From positions 1,536,001-1,600,000 of the forward strand of contig CAWAIF010000003.1 of NCBI GenBank assembly GCA_963782055.1: a stretch of DNA of 64,000 nt, given 5' to 3'. A model generated the notes under the pieces. That model was given only the letters and a program-made list of their open reading frames with translations. It was not told the origin of the DNA and searched no databases. Source of the stretch: an uncultured delta proteobacterium (GTDB lineage: Bacteria > Myxococcota_A > Polyangia > Polyangiales > Polyangiaceae). Position 1 is the first letter of the stretch. The number at the start of each line of letters is the position of its first letter. Shown here piece by piece: positions 10,072 to 19,774 of this stretch. The position numbers and the translations under genes were made by a program.

Positions 10072-11103
10072 GTGACCTCGACCGTTCAGCAGCCCAGCGC
10101 GCCGGCCCGCGAGCTCTCCCCCGAGCTCCTGGTCCGCATCCACGACATCATGGTCCGGGCCCGGTGCCTCGAAGAGCGGCTCATCCGCATGAACAAGCAG
10201 GGGGACGGCTTCTTCTGGATCGGCGGCCCCGGGGAGGAGGCGCTCAACACCTCCCTCGGCCTGCTCGTCGACAAGGGACACGGCCCCGCGCACGACTACC
10301 TGCACCTGCACTACCGCTCCAGCGCCACCCTCATGGCCATGGGCGCCGACCCGGTGGACGCCATCCGGCAGATGAAGAACACCGCCACCGACCCGTACTC
10401 GGGCGGGCGGAACTTCTGCAACCACTACAGCCTGCGCAGGTGGAACGTGGTGCCGGTGAGCTCTCCCATCGAGGTGCAGTTCTCCATGGCGCCGGGCACC
10501 GCGATGGCCAACAAGCGCGCCGGCGGGCGGGGGATCACCATCGTGCAGGGCGGCGACGCGGGGACGGCGGAGGGCGACTTCGCCACCTGCCTCATCTGGA
10601 GCTCCCGGCCGGCCAACCCGCTGCCGGTGCTGATCCTCGTCGCCAACAACCAGTGGGGCATCTCCACGGCGGCGGGCCCGCAGCACGGCGAGCGCCACAT
10701 CGCCGACAGGGGCAAGGCCTTCGGCATGGAGACCGCGGTCATCGACGGCACCGACCCCGAGGCCGCCTGGGAGGGCCTCAAGCGGGCGATGGACTACGTG
10801 CGGACGGAGCGCCGCCCCTTCCTGCTGGAGGCGATGGTCTCGCGCCTGTACGGCCACTCCTCCGCGTCGGGCGCCAACTACGTCTCGGAGGAGCAGGACT
10901 GCATCCCGCGCTTCGAGAAGAAGCTGGAGGAGCGCGGGGTGCTGACGCGCGCGCAGATGGAGGCGGTGCACACCCGCTACACCGAGGAGTTCCTGGAGGC
11001 CATCAAGCGCGTGCGGGAGGAGCCGCAGCCGGACGGCCGGAGCATCCACGAGCACGTCTTCGCCGACCGCAACGTCGTCGGCGGAGAGAACGGAGCTTCC
11101 TGA
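10072..11103 (+). CDS. 2-oxoacid (probably branched-chain) dehydrogenase E1 alpha subunit
   Basis: TPP motif GDAGTAEG...NNQWGIS and RLYGHSS. AAGGAG RBS before GTG. Confidence 0.9.
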   Translation: MTSTVQQPSAPARELSPELLVRIHDIMVRARCLEERLIRMNKQGDGFFWIGGPGEEALNTSLGLLVDKGHGPAHDYLHLHYRSSATLMAMGADPVDAIRQMKNTATDPYSGGRNFCNHYSLRRWNVVPVSSPIEVQFSMAPGTAMANKRAGGRGITIVQGGDAGTAEGDFATCLIWSSRPANPLPVLILVANNQWGISTAAGPQHGERHIADRGKAFGMETAVIDGTDPEAAWEGLKRAMDYVRTERRPFLLEAMVSRLYGHSSASGANYVSEEQDCIPRFEKKLEERGVLTRAQMEAVHTRYTEEFLEAIKRVREEPQPDGRSIHEHVFADRNVVGGENGAS

Positions 11104-12164
11104 TGGCGACCCTGGTCCAGGCCATCCGTCTCGCGCTCCACGTCGGCGAGGAGCGCCTCGGCGTCACCGACATCTTCGGCGAGGACGTGGGCCCGCCGCT
11201 CGGCGGCGTCTTCACCCAGACCCAGGGCCTCAAGACGGCGTGGAACTCCCCGCTGGACGAGCGCGGCATCGTCGGCGCGGCCATGGGCCTGGCGATGGCC
11301 GGGCAGAAGCCGGTCGCCGAGATCCAGTTCTGCGACTACGCCTTCAACACCATCGACCTGCTCAAGCTCGCCGGCGGCGTGTGCTGGTCGTCGGCGGGGG
11401 ACTTCAACCTTCCGATGGTGCTGATGACGCCGGTCGGCTCGGGCATCCGCGGCAGCATCTACCACTCGCACTCCTTCGACGGACAGGCCACGCGCATCCC
11501 CGGCTGGAAGATCGTCATGCCCAGCAACCCGCGGGATGCCTACGGCCTGCTGCTCTCCGCCATCGCCAATCCCAACCCGGTGATGTTCCTGCCCCCCAAG
11601 GCGCTGATGCGCACGCGCGCGCTGCCCGGCGAGCAGATCCCGGGGGAGCCGGCGGACGAGAAGCTGCTCTCCAAGATGATCGACGCCCCGCTGGGCGATC
11701 GCTCGGCGTGGCGCCCGCAGTGGCCGGACGTGGAGGACCTCTTCGTCCCCATCGGCGAGGCGCGGACGGCGCGGCGGGGCCGCGACGTGACCGCGGTGAG
11801 CTACGGGCGGACGCTCCCGCTGTGCGTGAAGGCGGCGGAGGAGCTGGCGAAGGAGGGCGTCGAGGTGGAGGTCATCGACCTGCGCACCCTCTATCCCTAC
11901 GACTGGGACTGCATCGCCGAGAGCGTGAAGCGGACCAACCGGGTGCTCTTCGTCAACGAGGACACCGAGGTGACCAACTTCGGCGAGCACCTGATGCGGC
12001 GGGTGGTGGAGGAGCTCTTCTACGAGCTGTACGCGCCGCCGCGCCTGCTCGCCGGCGCCAACGTGCCCGGCATCGGTCTCGCCGACAACCTGGAGAAGGC
12101 GTCGGTCCCGCAGGTGGACGGGATCGTGCGCGCGCTGCGGGAGATGGCGAAGCACGCCCCTTGA
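11103..12164 (+). CDS. 2-oxoacid dehydrogenase E1 beta subunit
   Basis: FGEDVG..GGVF, PLDERGI, AEIQFCDY, YHSHS and EVIDLRTLYP. TGATG coupling to the alpha subunit. Confidence 0.9.
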   Translation: MATLVQAIRLALHVGEERLGVTDIFGEDVGPPLGGVFTQTQGLKTAWNSPLDERGIVGAAMGLAMAGQKPVAEIQFCDYAFNTIDLLKLAGGVCWSSAGDFNLPMVLMTPVGSGIRGSIYHSHSFDGQATRIPGWKIVMPSNPRDAYGLLLSAIANPNPVMFLPPKALMRTRALPGEQIPGEPADEKLLSKMIDAPLGDRSAWRPQWPDVEDLFVPIGEARTARRGRDVTAVSYGRTLPLCVKAAEELAKEGVEVEVIDLRTLYPYDWDCIAESVKRTNRVLFVNEDTEVTNFGEHLMRRVVEELFYELYAPPRLLAGANVPGIGLADNLEKASVPQVDGIVRALREMAKHAP

Positions 12165-12167
12165 GGG

Positions 12168-12197
12168 GCTGATCTACACCTTAGGGTGTAGATCGGC
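12168..12197. terminator. Perfect inverted repeat after E1 beta (terminator or operator)
   Basis: GATCTACACC-TTAG-GGTGTAGATC, a 10-bp perfect stem extendable to 13 bp with one G-U pair. No U-tract. Confidence 0.5.
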
Positions 12198-12432
12198 GAC
12201 CAAGCGGTCAGTCCGATGGAGCCCGTTGTCGGCGCGTCGATATTTCGCATTCGCCCTTGTCACGTGTTCGCTCACGTGATGTCCTCGGCCTTCAGGAGGG
12301 CGCCGGCATGATCTTCGCGCAGGCAGGCAGGCAGGCGGTCGATGTGGACGGGGCAGGTGACGATCACCGGCGGGCCGCTCTCGCAGGTGAAGTCGCAGAA
12401 CCTCCGGGTAGATCCGAACTGACGGGGCCAGG

Positions 12433-12984
12433 ATGGATCTCCGGCGCATCGTCCTCGGCGTGCTGTCGCTGGCTTGTGGTGTCGCGGGCGCGTTCTGCGG
12501 CGGAACGGTGGACGACGGCTGGAACGGCCTGACCGCGGGCGGCGACGTGGACGCCCTGGCGCCGCTTGGGAGCCCCAATGGTGTCGCCTGCGGCGATTTC
12601 CACGCACCGATCACGCCCGCACCATGCGACGGCGACGCCGGCGCGACGGCCATGGACCAGGAGTGTCAGCAGAGTCTCCCCGCCCCGCCGCCGCTAGGGA
12701 CTGGATGTGCCCCCCTTGATCGCAATAGCAGCTATTGCGTGGCATATCCTCCGGGCGCGCCGCCTTGCAAAGCAGGTCCCGAGGGCGACGCTTACTGCCA
12801 TGAGTTCTTCAGACAGTTCATCCGCGGCAACGCCTCCTTCGTGGCCCAGTGTCCGAACCATTTCCCGGACACGTGCCAGCTCGTGGCGCAAGGGGAGTGC
12901 AATGGTCAGTTCTCGCGCTGCGCTCCCTGGCAGCTGTGTGTGGCTCGCGACGCCGGCTGGACCTGCGAGTCTCCGTGTCAGTGA
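12433..12984 (+). CDS. Cys-rich exported protein/lipoprotein, paralogue 1
   Basis: Hydrophobic N-terminus. 14 Cys in the mature part align with 13313-13831. Confidence 0.65.
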   Translation: MDLRRIVLGVLSLACGVAGAFCGGTVDDGWNGLTAGGDVDALAPLGSPNGVACGDFHAPITPAPCDGDAGATAMDQECQQSLPAPPPLGTGCAPLDRNSSYCVAYPPGAPPCKAGPEGDAYCHEFFRQFIRGNASFVAQCPNHFPDTCQLVAQGECNGQFSRCAPWQLCVARDAGWTCESPCQ

Positions 12985-13117
12985 AGTGAAGGAGGGTGTG
13001 CTCATGGTTCTACGGGGAATGTCGCCGTCTCGCTGCTCCTCTTCGCGGCATGGCCGGTCCTGCCCCCATCACGAGGCGTGGGCTCGGTCGCGTCGGCGAG
13101 CGGCCGCACGGGCAGGC

Positions 13118-13316
13118 TCGATCCGATGAGGTGTTCCAGCTCTCGACGGGTGGGTCGTACTACCGGCTCGGCAACTACAACGAGATGGCCACCACCCCTC
13201 TCTCGGTGTGCGAGTCGCAGAACACGACCCTCGACGTCTTCCCCGTGTACGCGGCCTACGACAAGGAGCTCAACCAGCTCGGCACCGGCCAGGCTGCTAC
13301 CATCACCAATCCGTGA
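13118..13316 (+). pseudogene. Probable 3' remnant of a gene, coupled to the next lipoprotein
   Basis: SDEVFQLSTGGSYYRLGNYNEM...TITNP has coding-like composition. Its stop overlaps GTG 13313. The upstream part of ORF 12996 looks non-coding. The 5' boundary is approximate. Confidence 0.4.
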
Positions 13317-13831
13317 CGCGAGCCCCGTGGTACCTCGTCCCGCTGGCGCTCACGGCGTGCAGCAACGGCAAGGTGATCGACCCTGCCCAGGGCGGTGATC
13401 TGGCCGCGATCCATGACGCCGGGTGGGGGTGCGTCGACTACGACGCGAGCGTGGACGCTCGGTACCCTGGACCGAGCTGCACGGCCGAGGCCGGGACCGA
13501 GGATCCGGTGTGCGATCAGTGGATACGGACCACTGAGCCCGCCGGCATGGCGATCGCCGCGTGCGGCATCAAGTACCAGCCGCCGCCGTACTTCTGCCAG
13601 GGGGACGTGCTTGATCCGCCGGCGTGCCACGCCGGCGCGTCAGGGGACGCATTTTGCGACGCGTGGGCCACGCAGTACGTGGTCGGCGACGCCCGGGGCC
13701 TCTCCTTCTGCAGCGTCCCGAAGGGACAGTGCGTGCTCCGGTGGTCCTGCGGCCAGCCCGCAGGGGCGTACGATTGCTTCTGCGTCGAGCGCAACGGCAC
13801 CGCGGGATGCGAAGCGCTCTGCCAGAAGTAG
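13313..13831 (+). CDS. Cys-rich lipoprotein, paralogue 2
   Basis: LTAC lipobox and 14 Cys. PACHAGASGDAFC matches PPCKAGPEGDAYC in paralogue 1. Confidence 0.7.
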   Translation: MTRAPWYLVPLALTACSNGKVIDPAQGGDLAAIHDAGWGCVDYDASVDARYPGPSCTAEAGTEDPVCDQWIRTTEPAGMAIAACGIKYQPPPYFCQGDVLDPPACHAGASGDAFCDAWATQYVVGDARGLSFCSVPKGQCVLRWSCGQPAGAYDCFCVERNGTAGCEALCQK

Positions 13832-13837
13832 GAGGTA

Positions 13838-15169
13838 TCAGTCGCCCACCACGCCCCACCACATGTGGTCCGCGTAGCCCTGCGTCGAGCGCAGGATGAA
13901 CGGGTCGCTGCCGAAGTAGCTGCTGGTGCCCAGGCGGGTGATGGTGAGCTTCAGGGTGTCGCCGGGGTGGGCGTAGGTCTTGTCCAGGGTGAGCGTGAGC
14001 ACCGGCTTGCCGCCGTAGAAGGTGCTCGCGTCCATCGCGTCGACGTTGAAGCCGGCGATGGATCCGTTGGCGATCACCTGCACGTCGATGGTCGTCGTGT
14101 TGCCCTGCGCGAGCTTCACGCCCTGCGCCATGCGGTTCTGCCCCTCGTACTTGATCTGCACCAGGTCGGGCAGCACCGGCGCCGCCGCGAACCACACGTC
14201 GCTGTCCGCGGGCTGGCACGGGTTCTCGCCCATGTACGCGGCGCGGTTGGACCAGCTCCGCTGCACGGCGAACGGGTAGTTGTCGGGCGTGTAGTTGGAG
14301 CTCTTGTTGAACTCGCACATGTCGCCGATCTCCGAGCCGCCGAGGATGCCCCACGCGGAGTCGGCGGCGTCCAGGTCGTAGTAGCCCTCGCCGCTGGGGT
14401 CGCTCACGAACTCGAGCAGCTCGTGGCTCGTCGAGACGGTGAGCTCGCGCAGGCTGCCGCACCGGGGCATCACCGCGTAGCCGATGTTCTTGCCCTGGTA
14501 GTTGACCCACTGGTGGTACGCGCCGAAGCTCTGGCAGCTCTTCGACCCGTACAGGTTCACGCTGGTGCCGTCCGGGTAGAAGATGGCGTAGACGGTGTTC
14601 TCGTCCGGCTTGCCGAAGGAGGGATCGCTTGCCAGCTTTTTGAGCAGCCAGCTCTGGATCTGGTCATCGCTGATCTGCGCGGGGGCCGTCTCGCTCAGGT
14701 GGACCGGCGGGCCGCCGATGCCGTCGCCGACGCCGTAGTCCGTCGCCACGCTGCGCCAGTAGTCGGTGCAGCCGACCGAGTCGATGAAGTCCTCGATGGG
14801 GTCGCGCTGATCGTCGCCGTCGAAGGTGACGGGGACGAAGACGGGCAGGCGGGCCGTCGTCCCGCTGGGGGTGCGCACCTGCGGCGGGCGCAGGACGAGG
14901 CCGGCGTCGCCGCCGTCCGCTCCACCGTCGCTCACCCCGCCGTCGGCGGGCTCCGCGAAGGGCGCGGGCGGGACGGCGTTCGGATCGCGCACGCACTTCA
15001 CCCCCTGCGGCACGTACGGCGGCGGTCCGGTGTCCACGCCGGCGTCGCGCGGCTTCGGCTTGCTCGCGTCGACGTCGGCGCCCGCGTCGGAGGGCTGATC
15101 GGAGGTGGTGCCGCCGCAGCCGAGGGCGAGCGCCCCGACGCACGCGAGCCCGAGGAAAGCCAAGCGCAT
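13838..15169 (-). CDS. Hypothetical lipoprotein with SHELLEFVSDP motif (Phi-1/EXORDIUM-like)
   Basis: ALGC lipobox, GAYH, SHELLEFVSDP, EIGDMC and VQRSWSN. Confidence 0.7.
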   Translation of the reverse strand: MRLAFLGLACVGALALGCGGTTSDQPSDAGADVDASKPKPRDAGVDTGPPPYVPQGVKCVRDPNAVPPAPFAEPADGGVSDGGADGGDAGLVLRPPQVRTPSGTTARLPVFVPVTFDGDDQRDPIEDFIDSVGCTDYWRSVATDYGVGDGIGGPPVHLSETAPAQISDDQIQSWLLKKLASDPSFGKPDENTVYAIFYPDGTSVNLYGSKSCQSFGAYHQWVNYQGKNIGYAVMPRCGSLRELTVSTSHELLEFVSDPSGEGYYDLDAADSAWGILGGSEIGDMCEFNKSSNYTPDNYPFAVQRSWSNRAAYMGENPCQPADSDVWFAAAPVLPDLVQIKYEGQNRMAQGVKLAQGNTTTIDVQVIANGSIAGFNVDAMDASTFYGGKPVLTLTLDKTYAHPGDTLKLTITRLGTSSYFGSDPFILRSTQGYADHMWWGVVGD

Positions 15170-15273
15170 CGCTCTCTCTTGCCACGCCGGGAGGGGCAAG
15201 AGCAACAGGAGCCAGCGGCTCCCTTGAGCCTGTAATTTTCCTCAGAACTCGGGACGCCTGAAGGCGCGTTGCG

Positions 15274-15924
15274 TCAGCGATCCAAGCCGGTGGAGAGATC
15301 CAACCCGGTGGGGATCACCTCGTAGTCGGGCATCCCGTAGGGGAGCTCGCGCTGGTACGAGAAGCTGTGCGCCTTCTTGGCGTGGTGCGCATGGCGCTCG
15401 CACCACCACTGCGTGCCGCCCGACGCCTTGCGCGTCGTCTCGCAGTCCGGGCACGGCGGCTCGATCGACGGTACGAAGTGGGCGGGCGCCGGCTTCGGGC
15501 CTGCCACCATCACCGGGCACGGCGCCATGGCGAGCAGGTGCTCGGCGGTGGAGCCGACGACCCAGCTCTTCATGTGCGGGTGCTTGTGCGCCCCGAGGAC
15601 GATGAGGTCGGCGCCGAGCTCGCTGGCGAGCTGGACGATCTCCCGGACCGGGTTGCCGGTGCGCAGGTGGATGCCGATCGCGTTCCCGGACAGCCCACCG
15701 ACGGCGGCGGCCTGCTCGTTGGCATAGAGGCGGAGGCGCTGCACCAGGTCGCGCGACTTGCCGTTGGTGGGCTCGTCCTCGAACACGTGCACGAGGTGGA
15801 TCGCCGCGTGGGGGATGCGCTTGGCGATGCGCGCCGCCTGCTGGAAGGCGAAGCCGCCGGCGTCTGTGAAGTCCAGGCCGACGACGACGGAGAAGGGGCG
15901 GGACTGCTTGGTCTCGGAGGTCAT
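15274..15924 (-). CDS. Universal stress protein with C-terminal Cys/His extension
   Basis: VVVGLDF, ADLIVLGAH, GSTAEHLL...PCPVMV, and tail CPDC...WWCERH. AAGGAG RBS. Confidence 0.85.
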   Translation of the reverse strand: MTSETKQSRPFSVVVGLDFTDAGGFAFQQAARIAKRIPHAAIHLVHVFEDEPTNGKSRDLVQRLRLYANEQAAAVGGLSGNAIGIHLRTGNPVREIVQLASELGADLIVLGAHKHPHMKSWVVGSTAEHLLAMAPCPVMVAGPKPAPAHFVPSIEPPCPDCETTRKASGGTQWWCERHAHHAKKAHSFSYQRELPYGMPDYEVIPTGLDLSTGLDR

Positions 15925-15959
15925 GATCGCTGCTCCTTGGCGGGAATGCGATGACCAGC

Positions 15960-15975
15960 TGCAAGGCGCGCGCCG
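15960..15975 (-). promoter_or_regulatory. Putative sigma-54 promoter of the USP gene
   Basis: Minus strand reads CGGCGCGCGCCTTGCA (GG-N10-GC), about 35 nt before the ATG. Confidence 0.6.
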
Positions 15976-16060
15976 AGCGAAATGATCGCCGCAATTCGCC
16001 CGGGAGCGCGCGAGACCTGCGCGCCGGCGCGAACCGATTGCGCCGGCGCCGTTGGCGGGG

Positions 16061-17882
16061 TCAGGCTTCGTCCTCGGCGGGGACGATTTGCCGGAGCTGC
16101 CAGGCCTGGATGCGCAGCCGCTCCTCCGCCGCGTGGAGGCGGTCGCGCAAGCGTGTGAGATACACGCATACCGCCACGATGGGGATGAGGGTCACCGCCA
16201 GCAGGTACACGACCGTCGGCACCTCCGGGAAGGCCACGGCCTGCGCGCGGATGCAGAGGCGGTCCGGGCCGAAGTCGTAGGACGCCGGGAAGATGCCCGC
16301 CCACTCGAGGAGCAGGGGTACGACGACGGACGCGGTGCCCGCGCCGACCGTCGCGCGTAGCGGCAGCACACGCGGGAAGAGGGCCATGCCCACCGCGAGG
16401 CCGAGTGCCATCGGCGGGACCACCATGAAGGGGCCGGCGATGCGCGACGCCGCGACCAGGCCGAGCACGCCCCACATCGCGACGACGAAGGGGCGGAGTC
16501 CGGCGAGCTTGACCCTGTGGGAGAGCGCGACGCCGGCGCCGGCGAGCCCGCCGCACGCGAAGACGGAGGCGACCCAGAAGACGCTGCGGACACCCATCCA
16601 GAAGAGCAGCAGCAGCGGCACCATGGACGTGAGGAAGGCCAGCGCGGCGTAGCGGCGCGCGGCGCGGACGTCCAGCTCACGGTGCTCCAAGAATCTGGGT
16701 GGTGACCTCCGGCGGCGGAGTCTTCGGCGGCTCGGTCAGCAGGCGCACCATCGCGCGCATCGCCTCGGCGTTGCGAGGGTCGAGGGCGAGGGCCCGGCCG
16801 ACCTCGCGCATCGCGTCGGCGCGTGCCTTGTGATCGCCCTCCGCGACGGCGGCGAGGGCGAGCGCCTCGGCGGCGCGCGCGTGCTCGGCGCTCCGCGTGC
16901 GGCGTCGCTCCAGGTCGCGATCACCCTCCAGGAATCGCTCGATCGCGTCGTGCATGGCGCGCGCGCTCTGGAAGCGGTCGGCCGGGTCGCTGCGGGTGGC
17001 GCGCACGCAGATCTCCTCCAGCTCCACGGGGACGTCGCGCTCCGGGGCGCGCACGGTCACGCGGGCGTCGGCGCCGGTGAGGGCGGACTGGAGCGCGGCG
17101 GCCACGGTGTGCACTTCGTGGAGGGGCACGCCGGCGAGCAGCTCGAAGAGGCACGCGCCCAGGGCGTAGATGTCGGTGCGGGCGTCGACGTCTTCTCCGC
17201 GCACTTGCTCCGGTGCCATGTAGCCGGGCGTGCCGAGCAGGGCGCCGACGGTGGTGGCGGCGCCCTCGTCCGGCCCGGAGCGCGAGGTGCCGGAGGGGCC
17301 GATGTCGTCGTGGTCCACCAGCTTGGCCAGGCCCCAGTCCAGGACGTAGACCTCGCCGTAGTCGCCGATCATCAGGTTGGGGAGCTTGATGTCGCGGTGA
17401 ACGACGCCGTGCGCGTGGGCGAAGTCCACCGCCAGGCAGATGCGGCTCATCGCGGTGAGCACGGCGTGGCGGGAGAGCGTCTCCCCGTGCTGGCCAATCT
17501 CGTCGAGGCAGCGGCCGCGCACGCGCTGCATGGTGAAGTAGAGGCGCCCGTCGGGCGTGGTGCCAAGGTCGTAGACGGGCACGATGGAGGGGTGCGCGAG
17601 CTGGCCTTGCACGCGCGCCTCGCGCAGGAAGCGGCGGCGCGCGCCGGCGTCGACCTCCAGCGCCTTGCGAACGGACTTCATCGCGACGTCGCGTCCGATG
17701 ACCTGATCGCGCGTGAGCACGACCTCGCCCATGCCGCCCTCGCCGAGCGACGAGATGGGCGCGTAGCGCGTGCCGGTGTCGACGGAGGAGAGCAGCTCCG
17801 GCGCGGCGCGATCGGGCGAGACGCGATCCATGGGGGTCAGCAGGGTGGGGGCGAGGGGGGCGCCGTCCTTGCGTTGAGGCAT
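16061..17882 (-). pseudogene. Ser/Thr protein kinase with C-terminal membrane domain, split by a 1-nt frameshift near 16691
   Basis: GEGGMG, VAMK, HRDIKLPN, DWGLAK and GTPGYMAPE in 16677-17882. Multi-TM ORF 16061-16690 continues in another frame at CAG ATT C TTG GAG. Confidence 0.7.
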
Positions 17883-18219
17883 GGCCGTATCATGGGGGGA
17901 GGTGCGGCGCGCGCATAGAGGCCGTCGCGCCCGGCGCGGCGGCGACGAAGCCGTCGACTGGAGAAGCGCGTTGCGCTGCGCCGCAGCCGGCCTCGCGGGG
18001 GTGCGTTGCCCAGCACGCCGCGGCGGCCGTGGGCGCTGGAGCGCGCGGGAGGCGGTGCGGCTGGTGGACGAGGCGCTACGTCACGTCGTGGGCGAGGAGA
18101 TCACGCGGGTGGGGTCGCGTCCCCGCTGACGGGAGGGCGTGGTCGACCGCGAGCACGCTTGCGGTCCTGCGTGGGGCGCGGGAGGTCCGCGGCCCCCTGG
18201 GAGGGCGCGCCGGTCGGCA

Positions 18220-19338
18220 TCACGCGTCGTCGAGGGCGCCGAGCAGCCGCTCCACACGGAGCATGGCGCGCATGTCGCCCTTGCGGTGTGCGTGGTCCAT
18301 CGCGGCGAAGAGGTGCGACTGCTCCCATGCCAGCCGCGCGGGGTCCTTCTCCAGGAGGGTGACGTAGTGCTCGAAGAGGCGCTCCGGCGCCGCGCGCGTG
18401 CGCTTCGCCACGGCGTAGCGCACGACGGCATGGAGGGCGAAGCGCCCATCCATCGGCTCCTGCACCAGGTGCCACGCGACGAGGGGGGCGAGGGCGCGCT
18501 CCAGCGCACCGCGCACCCGGGCGAGGTGGGCGAGGGACGCGCGGTCGACGTGATCGCCCTCGACGTGGGCGAGTACGCCCAGCATGCGGCGGCTCTGCGG
18601 GGTGAGGCGGCGCCAGGCCCAGTCGACCAGGAGCGCGACCTCCGGCAAGTCGTCCTCGTGGTCGATGACGCGGACGCGCTGCACGCCGTTGGCCTGGAGA
18701 TGCGTGGCCAGCTCGGCCGGCGTGGCCGCGCGTGTCCCGACGATGGCGTCGGCGATGTCGAGGGCGAGGGGGTTCCACCGCAGCAGGCGCGTGAGCGCGG
18801 CGACGCGCGGGAAGGCGGCGCGGCCGGAGGTGACCAGCGGCGCGGTGACCGGAAAGACGAAGACCCCGGCGAGCAGGCACCGGCGCGCGGTGACGACGAA
18901 GGTCGTCGGGGTCTGGGCGAGGGCGTCGAGCAGCGCCGCGGTGGAGCGATCGTCCTCGTGGTTGTCCAGCACGACGAGGTGCTCCGCCCGGCCGAGGAAG
19001 GCACGCAGCCCGGGCAGCAGGGCGTGACGCTCGCGCGGGGTACCGAAGCGCAGCGCGAGCATCTCGCCCAGCGTGCGGAAGTCCCACGCGCCGACGCGAA
19101 ACCAGTGGATGCGCCGGCCGAAGCGCCTGGCCAGCCGGTGGCCGAGCGCCGCGGCGAGCATGGACTTGCCGCTGCCGCCCGACCCGACCAGGGCGAGGCG
19201 CGCGGGCGCGGTGCTCTGCACGATGCGGGCGAGCGTGGCGAGCTCGGAGGCGCGGCCGCGCATGCCACGGGGAGGGGGAGGGAAGCCCCCGCGCCGAGCG
19301 GTGTCGAGAGAGTCCGGGGTGCGCAAGAGCGCCACCAT
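18220..19338 (-). CDS. Compact NB-ARC/STAND-like P-loop NTPase
   Basis: Walker A GSGGSGKS, Walker B LVVLDN, VTAR sensor, NPLAL (GxP-like) and RFALHAVVR (MHD-like). Confidence 0.75.
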   Translation of the reverse strand: MVALLRTPDSLDTARRGGFPPPPRGMRGRASELATLARIVQSTAPARLALVGSGGSGKSMLAAALGHRLARRFGRRIHWFRVGAWDFRTLGEMLALRFGTPRERHALLPGLRAFLGRAEHLVVLDNHEDDRSTAALLDALAQTPTTFVVTARRCLLAGVFVFPVTAPLVTSGRAAFPRVAALTRLLRWNPLALDIADAIVGTRAATPAELATHLQANGVQRVRVIDHEDDLPEVALLVDWAWRRLTPQSRRMLGVLAHVEGDHVDRASLAHLARVRGALERALAPLVAWHLVQEPMDGRFALHAVVRYAVAKRTRAAPERLFEHYVTLLEKDPARLAWEQSHLFAAMDHAHRKGDMRAMLRVERLLGALDDA

Positions 19339-19398
19339 ACACGACGCGGCGCGCCCCGAAAGTTGGCCGCGGCGCGCGGGGCGTCGGACGATCCGTGC

Positions 19399-19725
19399 AT
19401 GAAGCTCGAAGCCGATCGCCGCATAGCCCGAAGCTCGCGCCCCGCCGAGGCGCTCGCCCTGCTCCTCGAGCACGCGAGCCGCAAGCTGGGCATCCGCGCG
19501 CTCACCCTGAGCACCACGGAGGGGCAGCTGATCCTCGGGGTGGGCGAGGGACTGGAAGAGGTGGCGGAGGCGGGGGCGCGCGTCGACACGGGCGCGCCCG
19601 TGGATGCGCGTGTGGCGACGTGGCGGCTGCGCGTCGGAACGGCCGAGATGCTGCTCACCTCCCTCGGCGGCGCGATGGACCCGGGCCTGGGCGCCGGCGT
19701 CCGGCGGATCCTCTCGACGAGCTGA
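19399..19725 (+). CDS. Small hypothetical protein (possibly roadblock/profilin-like)
   Basis: 108-aa ORF with ALTLSTTEGQLILG. Divergent from the NTPase. Confidence 0.55.
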   Translation: MKLEADRRIARSSRPAEALALLLEHASRKLGIRALTLSTTEGQLILGVGEGLEEVAEAGARVDTGAPVDARVATWRLRVGTAEMLLTSLGGAMDPGLGAGVRRILSTS

Positions 19726-19774
19726 CCCCCCGTCGGGTGGCCTGAACGTCGCCGGGCGCCGTCGGGGGACCGGA

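Noticed and set aside
10072..12164. E1 alpha/beta with no adjacent E2/E3
   Set aside because: A separate E1 pair is known in myxobacteria (the esg locus of Myxococcus xanthus), so this is not novel.
12320..12336. (CAGG)4 microsatellite as a phase-variation tract
   Set aside because: It is short and not clearly inside a gene or promoter.
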